Assembly: GCA_009779115.1 (NCBI GenBank)
Contig: WREX01000001.1
Location: 10,878 to 74,877, forward strand
Length of the DNA stretch: 64,000 bases
Source of the DNA: Propionibacteriaceae bacterium
GTDB taxonomy: Bacteria; Actinomycetota; Actinomycetes; Propionibacteriales; Propionibacteriaceae
Reading direction: 5' to 3'
The notes under the pieces: model-generated
The model's database searches: none
What the model was told of the DNA's origin: nothing
Seen by the model: the letters and a program-made list of their open reading frames with translations, nothing else
In this document: in pieces, positions 23,807 through 34,500 of the stretch
How positions within the stretch are numbered: position 1 is the first letter of the stretch
How the letters are laid out: the number at the start of each line of letters is the position of its first letter
Made by a program: the position numbers and the translations under genes

Positions 23807-26101
23807 CTACGGCCCTCCCGGGATCGTGACGGTCGGTTTGGCGTGCCGACGCAAGGATGTCACTGCGATCCTGGCCCGGAATCGCCGCCACCAGGATCGT
23901 GTGTGCCCGAGGTCCGCGGCCGCCAAGACAGCCTGCTGCCACAGAGCATCGGCCTGGGCTGGAGTCGGGGGCGAGGCGCTGAACGTGCCAAGATCGGCTG
24001 CATCGGCCAGCGCATTCATCGTACCCAGAGCAAAAACGCTGGACACGATCGTGGCCGCTTGTCGCCGAGTGGCGGAAGCCGGGATCACAGTGCCGAGGTC
24101 CGCCGCCCGGTCGAGGATCTCCTGCCAGGCGAAGGCCATTCTCCAGGGCAAGCGTGCGTCGGTTCTGCGCCGAGTTCTGCGGGCTGACTTCCAGACGATG
24201 ATGACCACCATCGGCCCCACAATCACGATGAGAGGCACGGCGCCCATCCCGACCAAGGCCAGTACAGTACGCCAGGCGATCGAGTGGTGCTGTTCCTTGT
24301 TTTGGTCCTTGTTCTGCGAGTCAGGATCGGCTTGCAGAGACTGGTCGTCGTGCGAGGTCGTCGATGGCGGAGGCTGGAGGATCTGCGGTTTGGGCTTGGC
24401 TTTCGACTGATTCAACTGTTGCTGGGGTTGTTGGTTCTTGTCGGGTGTGGGGAAAAAGGCGTACCAGCCGACTCCGTCGAAGGGAACCTCCACCCAGGCA
24501 TGGGCATCCGACCCCTTGACCGACCAGGTTGTGCCGTCGAGCGTGGAATCGGCATCGGTTCTGAATCCCATGACCACACGGGCCGGGATCCCGATCTTCA
24601 TCAGCATCAGGGCAGCAGCAACGGCGTATTGCTCATCGTCGCCAACCATCCTGGAGGGATCGGCCAAGAGCTTGTCGATCCGGTACGACGAATGCCCGGG
24701 CAGGGAAGGATCCTCGGATTCCAGGCCGTGGGAGAAGTACCCGGTCGTCCGCAGCGTGCCGACGATGTCATTGACCTGGTCCAGGGCCGAGGTGTCCTCG
24801 CCTGTCCACTGGACCGCCAGCGCCCCGACAGAATCGGGAACCCATTGCGGGGCTGGCAAGGTCACTCGGGCGACAGGTGTTGCCGCAGTGGGAGTCGCCG
24901 TGGGGATCAGAGACTGGACCGTGTACGACGTCCCCGCCGACAGCCCCGTCGGGTCGATCAGGCAGTCCGACTGCGGGTTGTAATACAGCGATGAAGACAG
25001 ATCCTCGGCTTGAGGTCCTGTGAAGGTGAGGCTCCGGTTCTGGCTGAGCGACGGAACCCACACTCCCGAGTAGTCATCGTCCGTGACCGTGACCGTCACC
25101 GGCTGCCCGGGGGAGGGTGCGGGTGAATCGCCCAGATCCGGTCCGACCCGGTCGTAGCGGGAGGCTCCGGTCGCCTCGCCAACGTTGTAGACCATGCCAT
25201 CGTAGGTGTCCATCACGGCCAGGCGCAGCAAGTCATCCTGGCTCCATCCATCCACAGTGAACAAGACATCGTCCTTCTGCGTGTCGACCAGGTTCCGGAA
25301 GGAGATCAAGGGGCTGGCGAAAGCCGTCAGGTCCAGAGGCGGGACAACATGCTTGCGCAAGACATCCCGGTCGATTCCCGTGCAGAGCGCCGGTCCCGCC
25401 ACACCGGCCACCAGAGTGGCCACGCCGAACAGGACCCCAGCCTTGGCCAGCCAGGCTCCCCCGGCCAGGGACGATGGGCGGCGAGTTGCGGACATGGCGC
25501 CGGTGGCCTGGTGGTTACGCCAGACAATCCAGCAGACGCTGACCAGCGACAGGACCACCGACTGGACGGTGGGGAAGAAAGCGTTCGACGTACCCAACAG
25601 GATCACCAGCGCGGTCAGGGCCGCCACCGGGATCAGCGCGACTCCGGGGTGGCGAGCCCGCCAGGCTGCTGAGAACGCGGCCACCGAGGCCACCAGTGTG
25701 AGGATGAAGGGCACGAGCATGAAGGGATAGAAGCTGGCTACCGGAGTTGTGGCGGTGACGAACTGCCGCCACACCGACACTGAGGAGAAAACCAGCGTCT
25801 TCAGACACGCGAGGTTGGGAGCCAGCTGGGCGATTCCCCGGCTCCACAGAGCGGCAGCCGTGCCAAAGACGAAGTACGACACCACTGTCGCCACGGCCAT
25901 CGTGAAGGTCGACCACCGTCGCCAGGCCCCCAGCCAGGCGGCCCCAGCTCCGACGAGGATGCCGAAGACCACTGGCCGGATGAAGCCCGGCCCACCGAAC
26001 ACTGGCCAGAACCCCGCCAGCCCCGCCGCCAGCAAGACCATCACCGCAACGGCGTCGACCGCTGCCGGCCATGTCAGGGTTCGGGGCTTCACTGCTGGCA
26101 T
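23807..26101 (-). CDS. transglutaminase-like domain polytopic membrane protein (TgpA-like)
   Basis: Six or more N-terminal TM helices. The TGase core reads GDDEQYAVAAALMLMKIGIPARVVMGF...DAHAWVEV...FFPTPD, followed by a C-terminal TM and tail. The position normally holding the catalytic Cys is Asp. Confidence 0.8.
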   Translation of the reverse strand: MPAVKPRTLTWPAAVDAVAVMVLLAAGLAGFWPVFGGPGFIRPVVFGILVGAGAAWLGAWRRWSTFTMAVATVVSYFVFGTAAALWSRGIAQLAPNLACLKTLVFSSVSVWRQFVTATTPVASFYPFMLVPFILTLVASVAAFSAAWRARHPGVALIPVAALTALVILLGTSNAFFPTVQSVVLSLVSVCWIVWRNHQATGAMSATRRPSSLAGGAWLAKAGVLFGVATLVAGVAGPALCTGIDRDVLRKHVVPPLDLTAFASPLISFRNLVDTQKDDVLFTVDGWSQDDLLRLAVMDTYDGMVYNVGEATGASRYDRVGPDLGDSPAPSPGQPVTVTVTDDDYSGVWVPSLSQNRSLTFTGPQAEDLSSSLYYNPQSDCLIDPTGLSAGTSYTVQSLIPTATPTAATPVARVTLPAPQWVPDSVGALAVQWTGEDTSALDQVNDIVGTLRTTGYFSHGLESEDPSLPGHSSYRIDKLLADPSRMVGDDEQYAVAAALMLMKIGIPARVVMGFRTDADSTLDGTTWSVKGSDAHAWVEVPFDGVGWYAFFPTPDKNQQPQQQLNQSKAKPKPQILQPPPSTTSHDDQSLQADPDSQNKDQNKEQHHSIAWRTVLALVGMGAVPLIVIVGPMVVIIVWKSARRTRRRTDARLPWRMAFAWQEILDRAADLGTVIPASATRRQAATIVSSVFALGTMNALADAADLGTFSASPPTPAQADALWQQAVLAAADLGHTRSWWRRFRARIAVTSLRRHAKPTVTIPGGP

Positions 26102-27486
26102 CAGACCTCCAGGGACCGCATCATCCGTGGCAGCTGGTTCAAGCTGCCCAGAGTTAACACCGCAGAGTCGCCCAAGCTGCTGCGGCCCATGGGAACGGCG
26201 ATCTCACACCGCAGAACGACGGTCAGCACATCGACACCGAACCGCGAGCAGGCGGCGTGCAACCGGCCCGGTTCGACCTGTGTTCCCGTGATCACCATGG
26301 CCGCCGACGCGTCTGGAGAGGCGTTCGCGGCTTCGAGTGCAACCGCTTCCACCGGCGGGATCCGGTCAGCCAACTCCAACCGTGAGAAACCATCCAGCAT
26401 GATCATCCCGGTGACGGTGTTCAGAAAGCCTCCCGGAACGGCAATGGTCAGGTCCTTCTCCTGAAGGATCGCCTGCTGGCCCAGGGACGCGGCGACGGAC
26501 ACGGCCAACTCGAAATCCGCCGCGCTCGCATAATCCGATGAACAACCGGACAAGCAGACGACCAGGTGGGAACGACGGGTTTCCTCGAACTGGCGCACGA
26601 CCAGCCTGCCCGTGCGGGCGGAGGTCTTCCAGTGGACGTGTCTCAGGTCGTCGCCCACCACGTAATCTCGCAGCGCGTGGAAGGCGATGTCCGAAGAGGA
26701 CAAGGTGTCGGTCGGCCGGCCCTCCAAATCCCTCAGGAACCCAGCCGACGAGTCCGCCAAGGAGACGGTCCTCGGGTGGATGAACAACTCCTGGACCTCA
26801 GTCCACTTCTGCTCCCGCCTCAACAGCCCCAGCCCGTCGCCGCGCGAGGATCGTACTGGCCCGAGAGGGACGACCGCCCGCTGGCTGGTGTCCACCCCGA
26901 AGGACTCGTAGAAAGAATCGTGGCCGGTCAGGTGGCCGACATCGAAGACCCGTGTGGCCTGACCGATGGGTACGAGGAAAACCGAGGGGCGCAAGCGTCT
27001 GGCCGATGTGTTGCGCACCGTGAGCCCGCCGTGGGCGTCGTCGCCCACCCGGACCCTCAACCGGGTCATGTCGACCTGGACCGAATACGAGACCCTGCCG
27101 AGGACGAAGTAGACCGAACCCACCACCAGGACGAGCAAGAACAAGCCAATGACCAAGAATTCATGCCAGTGCAGCCAGTCCCCCACCGCCAGGGCTGCCA
27201 CGACCACCGCGATCACCACCCAGCCGATGGGCTGGATGATCCCCAGAATGGGCCGGGCCTCCTCGACCGCCGGGCGGAGGTACCGGCCCACAGTCTGTGC
27301 GCCACGGCGTACTGGAGACCAGAGGTGTGGCGCTTGGTCCAGCACCGGTCGACGATCTAACGCCAGTCTGGAGGGCGCCCTCGACCAGGGCGCTGCATCG
27401 CTGGCGTGGGCAGCCTTCACCCGGCCGGCCGGTCGCGGCGACCGGCCCCGGCCCGGCACTGCCCTGGTGGGAACGGGAGGAGTCAT
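26101..27486 (-). CDS. DUF58 (vWA-like) domain protein, MoxR partner
   Basis: Two TM helices near the N-terminus. The DUF58 hallmark ALRDYVVGDDLRHVHWKTSARTGRLVVRQFE is present. A 4-nt overlap with MoxR and a 1-nt overlap with the TGase gene. Confidence 0.85.
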   Translation of the reverse strand: MTPPVPTRAVPGRGRSPRPAGRVKAAHASDAAPWSRAPSRLALDRRPVLDQAPHLWSPVRRGAQTVGRYLRPAVEEARPILGIIQPIGWVVIAVVVAALAVGDWLHWHEFLVIGLFLLVLVVGSVYFVLGRVSYSVQVDMTRLRVRVGDDAHGGLTVRNTSARRLRPSVFLVPIGQATRVFDVGHLTGHDSFYESFGVDTSQRAVVPLGPVRSSRGDGLGLLRREQKWTEVQELFIHPRTVSLADSSAGFLRDLEGRPTDTLSSSDIAFHALRDYVVGDDLRHVHWKTSARTGRLVVRQFEETRRSHLVVCLSGCSSDYASAADFELAVSVAASLGQQAILQEKDLTIAVPGGFLNTVTGMIMLDGFSRLELADRIPPVEAVALEAANASPDASAAMVITGTQVEPGRLHAACSRFGVDVLTVVLRCEIAVPMGRSSLGDSAVLTLGSLNQLPRMMRSLEV

Positions 27487-28454
27487 GGGGTGATCCCGGT
27501 GGTGGGAACGGGCACTTCGGCGAGGACCCGGTCGATGACCAAAGCGGCAGTGACACCGGCGAATTCAGCCTCGGGGTCGAGGATGAGCCGGTGGTCCCAC
27601 ACCTGATGCGCGAGGTCTTTCACATCGTCGCAGGTGACATAAGGCCGCCCTTGGGAGGCCGCCCACACTTTCGCCGTCCTGGTCATGGCCAGAGCCCCTC
27701 GTACTGAGACTGCGATGCGGGTCTGCTCACTCGCGCGGGTCTGCTGGGCCACCGTCGCGATATAGGTCAGTACGGCATCCGCGACGTGCACTGTTGTGGC
27801 GAGATCGGCCATTTCCGCCACTTTGTCGGCGGGGATGACCGGGGAGACCAGAGAGGAACGGTTCTTCACCGCCGCTCCCGACAGGATTTCGACGGTATGG
27901 GCCATGTCCGGGTAGCCGATGGAGGTCTTCATCAAGAAACGGTCTAACTGCGCTTCGGGGAGGCGGTAAGTCCCGGCTTGCTCGATCGGGTTCTGGGTCG
28001 CGATGACCATGAAAGGGCGGCCCACCTTCCGCGTCACGCCATCGACGGTGACCTGGCCCTCCTCCATGACTTCCAGAAGAGCCGACTGGGTCTTGGGCGA
28101 CGCGCGGTTGATCTCATCGGCCAGCAGAATGTGGGTGAACACCGGCCCGGGCAGGAATTCGAAGTCGCCTTTGCGCTGGTCGAAGACTGTCACGCCTGTG
28201 ACATCGGTCGGCAACAGGTCGGGGGTGAATTGGATACGCTTGCTCGTCCCAGCGACGGTGGCCGCCAGCGCCCGGGCCAATTGAGTCTTGCCGGTGCCCG
28301 GGGCATCCTCCAGGAGGATGTGGCCCTCGGCCAGCAGGGCGGTGACCGCGTAGCGTACTTCGCGGTCCTTGCCCAACACGGCCTTGCCAACGTTGGCGAC
28401 GATTTGGGTGACAGCCTGGGCGAACCACTGGGCTTCATCGGGAGTCATGGTCAT
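27483..28454 (-). CDS. MoxR-family AAA+ ATPase
   Basis: Walker A: LLEDAPGTGKTQLA. Walker B: ILLADEINRASPKTQSALLEVMEE. The overall size of 323 aa fits the family. Confidence 0.95.
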   Translation of the reverse strand: MTMTPDEAQWFAQAVTQIVANVGKAVLGKDREVRYAVTALLAEGHILLEDAPGTGKTQLARALAATVAGTSKRIQFTPDLLPTDVTGVTVFDQRKGDFEFLPGPVFTHILLADEINRASPKTQSALLEVMEEGQVTVDGVTRKVGRPFMVIATQNPIEQAGTYRLPEAQLDRFLMKTSIGYPDMAHTVEILSGAAVKNRSSLVSPVIPADKVAEMADLATTVHVADAVLTYIATVAQQTRASEQTRIAVSVRGALAMTRTAKVWAASQGRPYVTCDDVKDLAHQVWDHRLILDPEAEFAGVTAALVIDRVLAEVPVPTTGITP

Positions 28455-28510
28455 GGGTCACGATGTCCTTTCCGGGAGATATCGGCGAGGAGTCGCCAGG
28501 GTTGCCGTTG

Positions 28511-31500
28511 TCATGCGGGTGTACAATCGACAATTTTTGATGAACCTGAATCGCCATGGGCGAACCAGAAGTAGACGGCATGGGTCTGCAAGTTCACGCC
28601 AGCCTTCCATCCTCCCACCATGAAGGTTCCTGAACCGGGATGGACGAAGCACCCGGGGGGCTGGCCGTTGTTCGACCCGCACCCCGAATCGGTGTACTTC
28701 CACCACTGGGTGGCATCCGCCGGCATGTTGGAGAACGTGATGGACACCGATGTGGGCCCGGAGACGTGATACGTACAACTGGGAGGCGCCGGGCAGGCGG
28801 CCGCAGTCGCGCTCGCAGTGGCCACCGAACTGGTCTGCCCTTGGGCGTCGACCGCCCGTACCTGGACGGTGTGGCTCTGCTCACAGGTGCTGCCCACCGA
28901 CTGGGAGCCGTTCGTCGCCCCCACGGATGTCCATCCACCGGAATCGATGTTCACCTCCAGGTTGGAGATCGCCCTCCCGTTCTCCGCCGGCATAGTCCAC
29001 GACACGCTCACTGCATCACCGTTCTGGGATGCGTTGGCGCCAGGCTGATTGGGCGGGCCGTACGGGCGGCAATTCTGGACACTGGTCTTCGGACCATCCT
29101 GGCTGACGGATTGAACAGTGGTTTCAGCCCACACCTGGATGGTGTACCCGGTGTTGCTGTTCGGCAGGGCCGCCGTCCCAGACGTCGACGCACCGAAGGA
29201 GCCCGAGGCACCGTTCGAGGCCTGCCAGCGGTACGACACCTCGGAGGCCTTGGCGCCATTGAGCGGGGCCGCCGTGAAGGACAGCGCACAACTGCCGTTT
29301 TGGTCCGAACTGGTCAGGCCCGACACCGCTCCGGGCGGTACGATCGACCGGAACCCGGCAGACGGGGTCGAGGCCGTCCCTGTCCCAGCCTTGTTGGTCG
29401 CGGAGACAGTGAAGGTGTATTCGTTCTGGCTGGTCGACAAGGTCGTCGTTTGGCAAACCTGGGTCCCGGTGGCAGAGACGGTGTACACATTGCCCGTTGA
29501 CGATGTCAGTGTGTACGTCGAGATCGCTGCCCCGTTATCCGAGGGAGCGTTCCAGCACACCTGTGCCCGGCCCTCATTGCCGACCGGGTCGAGCCGGGTC
29601 CACGTCGGCGCGGACGGAGCGGCAGGCGGACCAGCCGGGGTTTGTTCCATAGAGTACGCCGACCACTGACTGGGATCAGTACACACATCCGGGGCTGAGT
29701 TGACCGCACAGACCTGCACCTTGTAGGCCGTGCCATTTTTCAGCCCGGTCCAGGTGTAGCTGAGCCCCGTCACCCCCGTGACGACCTGCTGGCCGGACGG
29801 CGGCGCCGGAGAAATACGCAGATTGTACGAAGTGATCGGCGACCCGCGACTGGTGCCTGCCGGCCAGGTCACCCTCACGGACTGGTCACCCCAGTTGATC
29901 CCCGGAGTCGGCATGGGGTCGGGGACGGCATCCGGACGTACCTCCTGAGACGCCAGGGAGGGATCGGACACGCCCACCTCGTTCGTCGCCGTGACAGTGA
30001 AGGTATAGGTCGTGTTGTTCGTCAAGCCGTCGAGGACGCAGGTCGTCCCTGGGCACTGTTTGGTGTACCCCGGAACCCCTGTCACCGTGTAGCCGGTGAT
30101 GGCCGCGCCATGGTTATCCGGCGGTGTCCACTTCAACGTGGCCTGCTGATCGCCGATCTGGACCACGCTGACACCGCTGGGCGCGGCGGGGCGTCCTCGC
30201 ACCGTCAGATAAATGCGGCCCTGAGCCTGGCGATCCGGATCCCCGGTCTGGTCCTGGATCGTGTACCGGACCACCATCTGTCCCAGGAAAACATCGGCTG
30301 GAGTCACCAAGACGCCATTGCCGTCGCAGCCCGTGCTGACTGTGCCTTGTCCAGATTCGACGACTGCGCCGACAACACTGAGGTTCGTACCGGGGAAAGG
30401 ATTCACGTCGTTCGCCGTCACCGGCACGCAGGTCGCCACCCCCTGGCTGGCTTTCGGGACCTGGTCGTCAACGGCCACGGGCAGCGGCTTGGTGGTCCCG
30501 ACGACGGTCACAGAAATCTGAGCCTGAGTGGTCGACCGGCCATCGGTGACCTCGACTGTCACCGTGGCTTTCGTCGCCTTGGCCACCGTGATATCGGCGG
30601 CGACAGTCAGTGTCCCACCGCTGATCGCGCTGGTCATCCCCTTGACATTGACCGGCTGGGCCACGGTGAACGACAGGTGACTGGTCGGGTCGGCGCCCTT
30701 CACCAGGGGAGCCAGAGCGACCGGCGCCGACTGTCCCGCTTCGACCGTGACCGAGGCGTTGCCCATCGCAATCACGGGCTGGGGATGGACCTGGTCCGAG
30801 GGCAGAACCGTGACGGGAATCGTGATCATCGTCGTCAGCCCGGTGTCGTCCTCCAGGCTGGTCCCATCGGTCACCTCGACCAGAATGGCCGCGGGACCCG
30901 TGTAATCGGCAGGGGCGTGGAAGGTGACTTGAGTCGAGGAGGGCGCTTCAGCCGACCCGTTCCAGGCCGAGACCTTGTCAGCCTGGGTCACCTTGGGAGT
31001 ACGCCCGGAGCGCACGACGACGTAGTCCGACAAGGACACTGTCACAGACTCACCCTGTTTGACCTGAAGCGGATTGGCGGACGCGTTGAACTGGGGTGGA
31101 ATCGTGTCCACTCCCGGGACGGTGATGAATCCGTGGCCGACCAGGCCATCCGGATCGGTCAGTGAGTAGTCGATGATCTGCAGTTGAGTCGTGATCGGCA
31201 CCGTGACCAGGCCATCGTTGACACTGACAGACGGATCGGCCACCGTGACGTAATCCTGGCTCACGTCACCGTCGGGATCGCGGTCGTTGTCCCGTACTGA
31301 CACGTCCACCGATGTGTGGGTGAGAGCATCAGTCAACGAGACCGTGTCGTCGCCGAGAATCGGGGCTTTCAAGCTGACATCCGGGCTGACCGTCACCGTG
31401 ATGATGCCCGTACTCTGCAAGCCGACGCCGTTGGTGATCGCGTAGGTCCCCCAGTACGACCCGGACTGCCCGGGAGCGGTGATGAGCACATCGTTGCCCT

Positions 31501-34500
31501 GAGTCGTGGCGGTGAAACTGTCGGAGGCTGCCGAGCCGGCCACCAGCGAACAGCATGAGTTGCCATTCGGGTCGACGTCATTGTCGGTTACCGGCACGAT
31601 GACCTGACGCCCCGGCCTGGTCTCCACCGTGTCCGTGACAGCGATGGGGGGTTCGTTCTGGTCACTGGCCGGAGCGATGCCGATCAGGACTTGGCCTGTG
31701 GCTTCCAGCCCCTTGCGGTCGCGGACGACGTAGGTGAAGGAGTCGGCGCCGGTCGTGGTGTCCCCCGGGGAGTAGACGAACCCGGTCGAACTGACGGCGG
31801 TGATCAGCCCCTGGGAAGGAGCCGAGCCTATGCCCACCAGGGAGACGAAGTCACCGTTGGGATCGATGCCGTCGAGCGGAATGGTGACGGCCACCTCACG
31901 TCCGGCCAGTGTGCGTACCTCCACCTGTTTGGGCTTGGGAGCGTCGTTTCCGGTGTCGTCAGAGACGACGTGGATCGTCAGCCGGCCCGTGTCGGGTTCG
32001 GCCGACCCGGTCTGGTTCGCGACCTGGTACAAAGCGGTGTAGGTTCCCGGAGTCTGACGGGCATGGACCCGCACCACGTTGCCGGACGCGAACACCAGGG
32101 CTTCGGTGTCGGGATTGGGAGTCTGGGAAAGATCGGGCAGCAACTTCAGCGGAATCCCATTGGGCTGAGAGTCATTGGCCAGGACGTCGACGGTGGCGAT
32201 GTCGCCCACCCGGACCGTCACCTGGTCGTCTGCGGCCACTGGCGACATGATGCGGTCGGGAGCCGGTATGGGGACCACGGTGACGCGACTGGTGGCGTAC
32301 CCCTTTCCATTGGAGATCGTGTAGTCGAAGCTGACCGGCGAGGTGAAATCCTTCTGGGGGGTGATCTTCACTCGGTCATAATCGATGACCGACACCACGA
32401 ACGGCAGGTCGGCGGTCGCGTCCACCGAGGTCACGACCAAGGGATATCCCATGGGGTTGACGTCATTGTCCAAGACATTGACATAGGTCTCCTGTCCGGC
32501 GGAGACCAGAACCGTGTCCGGAACGGCCACTGGAAGCGCGTCCTGGTCGGGTGCGGGCAGGACGAGAAGGCGAATCCAGCTCTCCTGATTGGTCGAGGGC
32601 CCGTCGGTGACGGTGTACGTCAAGTACACCGACCCCGCTTCGTCACAGACCGCCGTGATGGTTCCCGCGACAGTGTCGGCCGCCACCGAACACCTCGGGT
32701 CCGAACTGACACTGGTCAACTGCAGGGCATCACCGTCCGGATCGGTGTCATTGTCCAACGGATGGATGACGATCTGGGAGCCCACCGTGCCGGAAACTAG
32801 ATCGGGGGTCGGATCGGGAGGCCGGTTCCCCGGCGGCAGGACGTTCACCGTGACCTCGCCATCCGCGACCGTACGTCCATCGGAGACCTGGATGTGAATC
32901 GTTTTCACACCCGTGGAAATCCCGCCGTCCTGAAAAGCCAAAGAGCCGTCTTCCAGGGCCTGGACCGAGTCCTCGGGCGGGCAGGTGGCCCCGACGAGGA
33001 AGATGGTGTCACCGTCTGGGTCACGCCAGTTGGACAAGACGTTGTACGACACCGTGTGGCCACTGGTCACGGTCAACGACGTAGCCCGGATCGGGGCCGG
33101 CGGGTCGTTGACAGCATCGGGATGAACATCCACCTCGACATGGGCGTCCGACGTGCCACCGCGGCCATCCGAGACCTGATAGGTGAAACCGAGTGTTCCC
33201 GACGCAGTGGGAGGAAGGGTCATCTGAAAGACGGATTGGGAATAGACCAAGGATAATTGCGTGCCCGCGGGGGCGTCGCCGACCAGGGAGGCCGTCAACA
33301 GGTCGCCATCCTCGTCGGTGTCGTTCTCCACCACGGGCAAGAGCACAGACGACCCCGGGCGGGCGCCGAACTGGTCGTCCACAGCCTGGGGAGGATGGTT
33401 CTCCGCACTGCGGTCAGGCTTGACAGATTCGTCGATCTCTTCCTTGGCCTGGGTGTCCTGGTCGCCCTTGTCCGCATCCATCATGGAATTCCAGTTGTCC
33501 ACTTTGACCACTCGGTCGGCCACAGACCACACCGCGCCCGAGGTGAGTTCGTTCAGGACGATGTGCCCCCAATTGACGCGAAACCTGAGGTCGCTGGTGG
33601 CGGAGATCGGGCCGATGGTGGTGGTCAGATCATTGCTGTCGCCAGGGCAATCGCGTAGGAAGGCACCGGTGGCAGACCAGACGGCGTACGTGCACCCGTC
33701 GAGTTGGACCGGTGGATTGGCCACCTGGACTCCCCCGGCGTCATCAGCCTGGGTGACACTGGCCTGGCTGCCGTTCAGGGGTTGGGAGACCAGTGCGGTC
33801 GGTGTCTGGTACACCACCGAACTCGCCGCCGCCGAGACCATCTGGAGCGAGACCGAGGTCGCGTCGACTGCCGCTTCATTGGCTTGTACACCCACTGTCT
33901 TCCCGCTGGCCAGGTGGAGCGTGGAATCCTGCTGGCTGAGCAGTACTGGTTGGGCGCCGACCACCGTCATGGCATAGGTTCCATCGGCCAGCAGGCCATT
34001 CATGGCCTGGTCCGTCACGACGGGGTTGGACCCGTCTGAGTCCACGCGTACTGTCTTTTCCACTCCGGCTCCAGGATCGACGACGTATGCCGTCCCGTCC
34101 TGGCCCACGGCCATCACCGCGTTCTTGGGCAGGTCGGTGAGAATGGCTGGCGTGGCTGGCGATTCGGGATCGAAACCTTGGACCATGGCCGCTGGCAGGA
34201 GCCAGAATGAGCCTTTGCCCGGAATCAATATCCCGACCATCCCACCACCCAGTTCGACATCAGTCCCCCCGCCCAGCATCATGGTGTGTCCCAGCGTCAG
34301 GTTCGCCGGGTTGAGCGGAGCGACGGAGCCGTCGTCCCGGTCGACGACAAAAACAGTCGCGCCTTCTTGGAGGACATCGAAATGAGACATGTCTGTGACA
34401 TACGCGATGGAGTCGAGTTGTTGGGCAGCATAGTTGAAACGGCCCACGGCTTGGAGTTGTTGGCTTGTCACCCACACTCCGGAATCGTTCAGATTCACCT

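Noticed and set aside
28511-28700. Sortase (LPXTG) or other C-terminal cell-wall anchor on the giant protein.
   Set aside because: The C-terminus ends ...GDSGSSKIVDCTPA, with no LPXTG-like motif, hydrophobic stretch or charged tail. Anchoring appears to be N-terminal.
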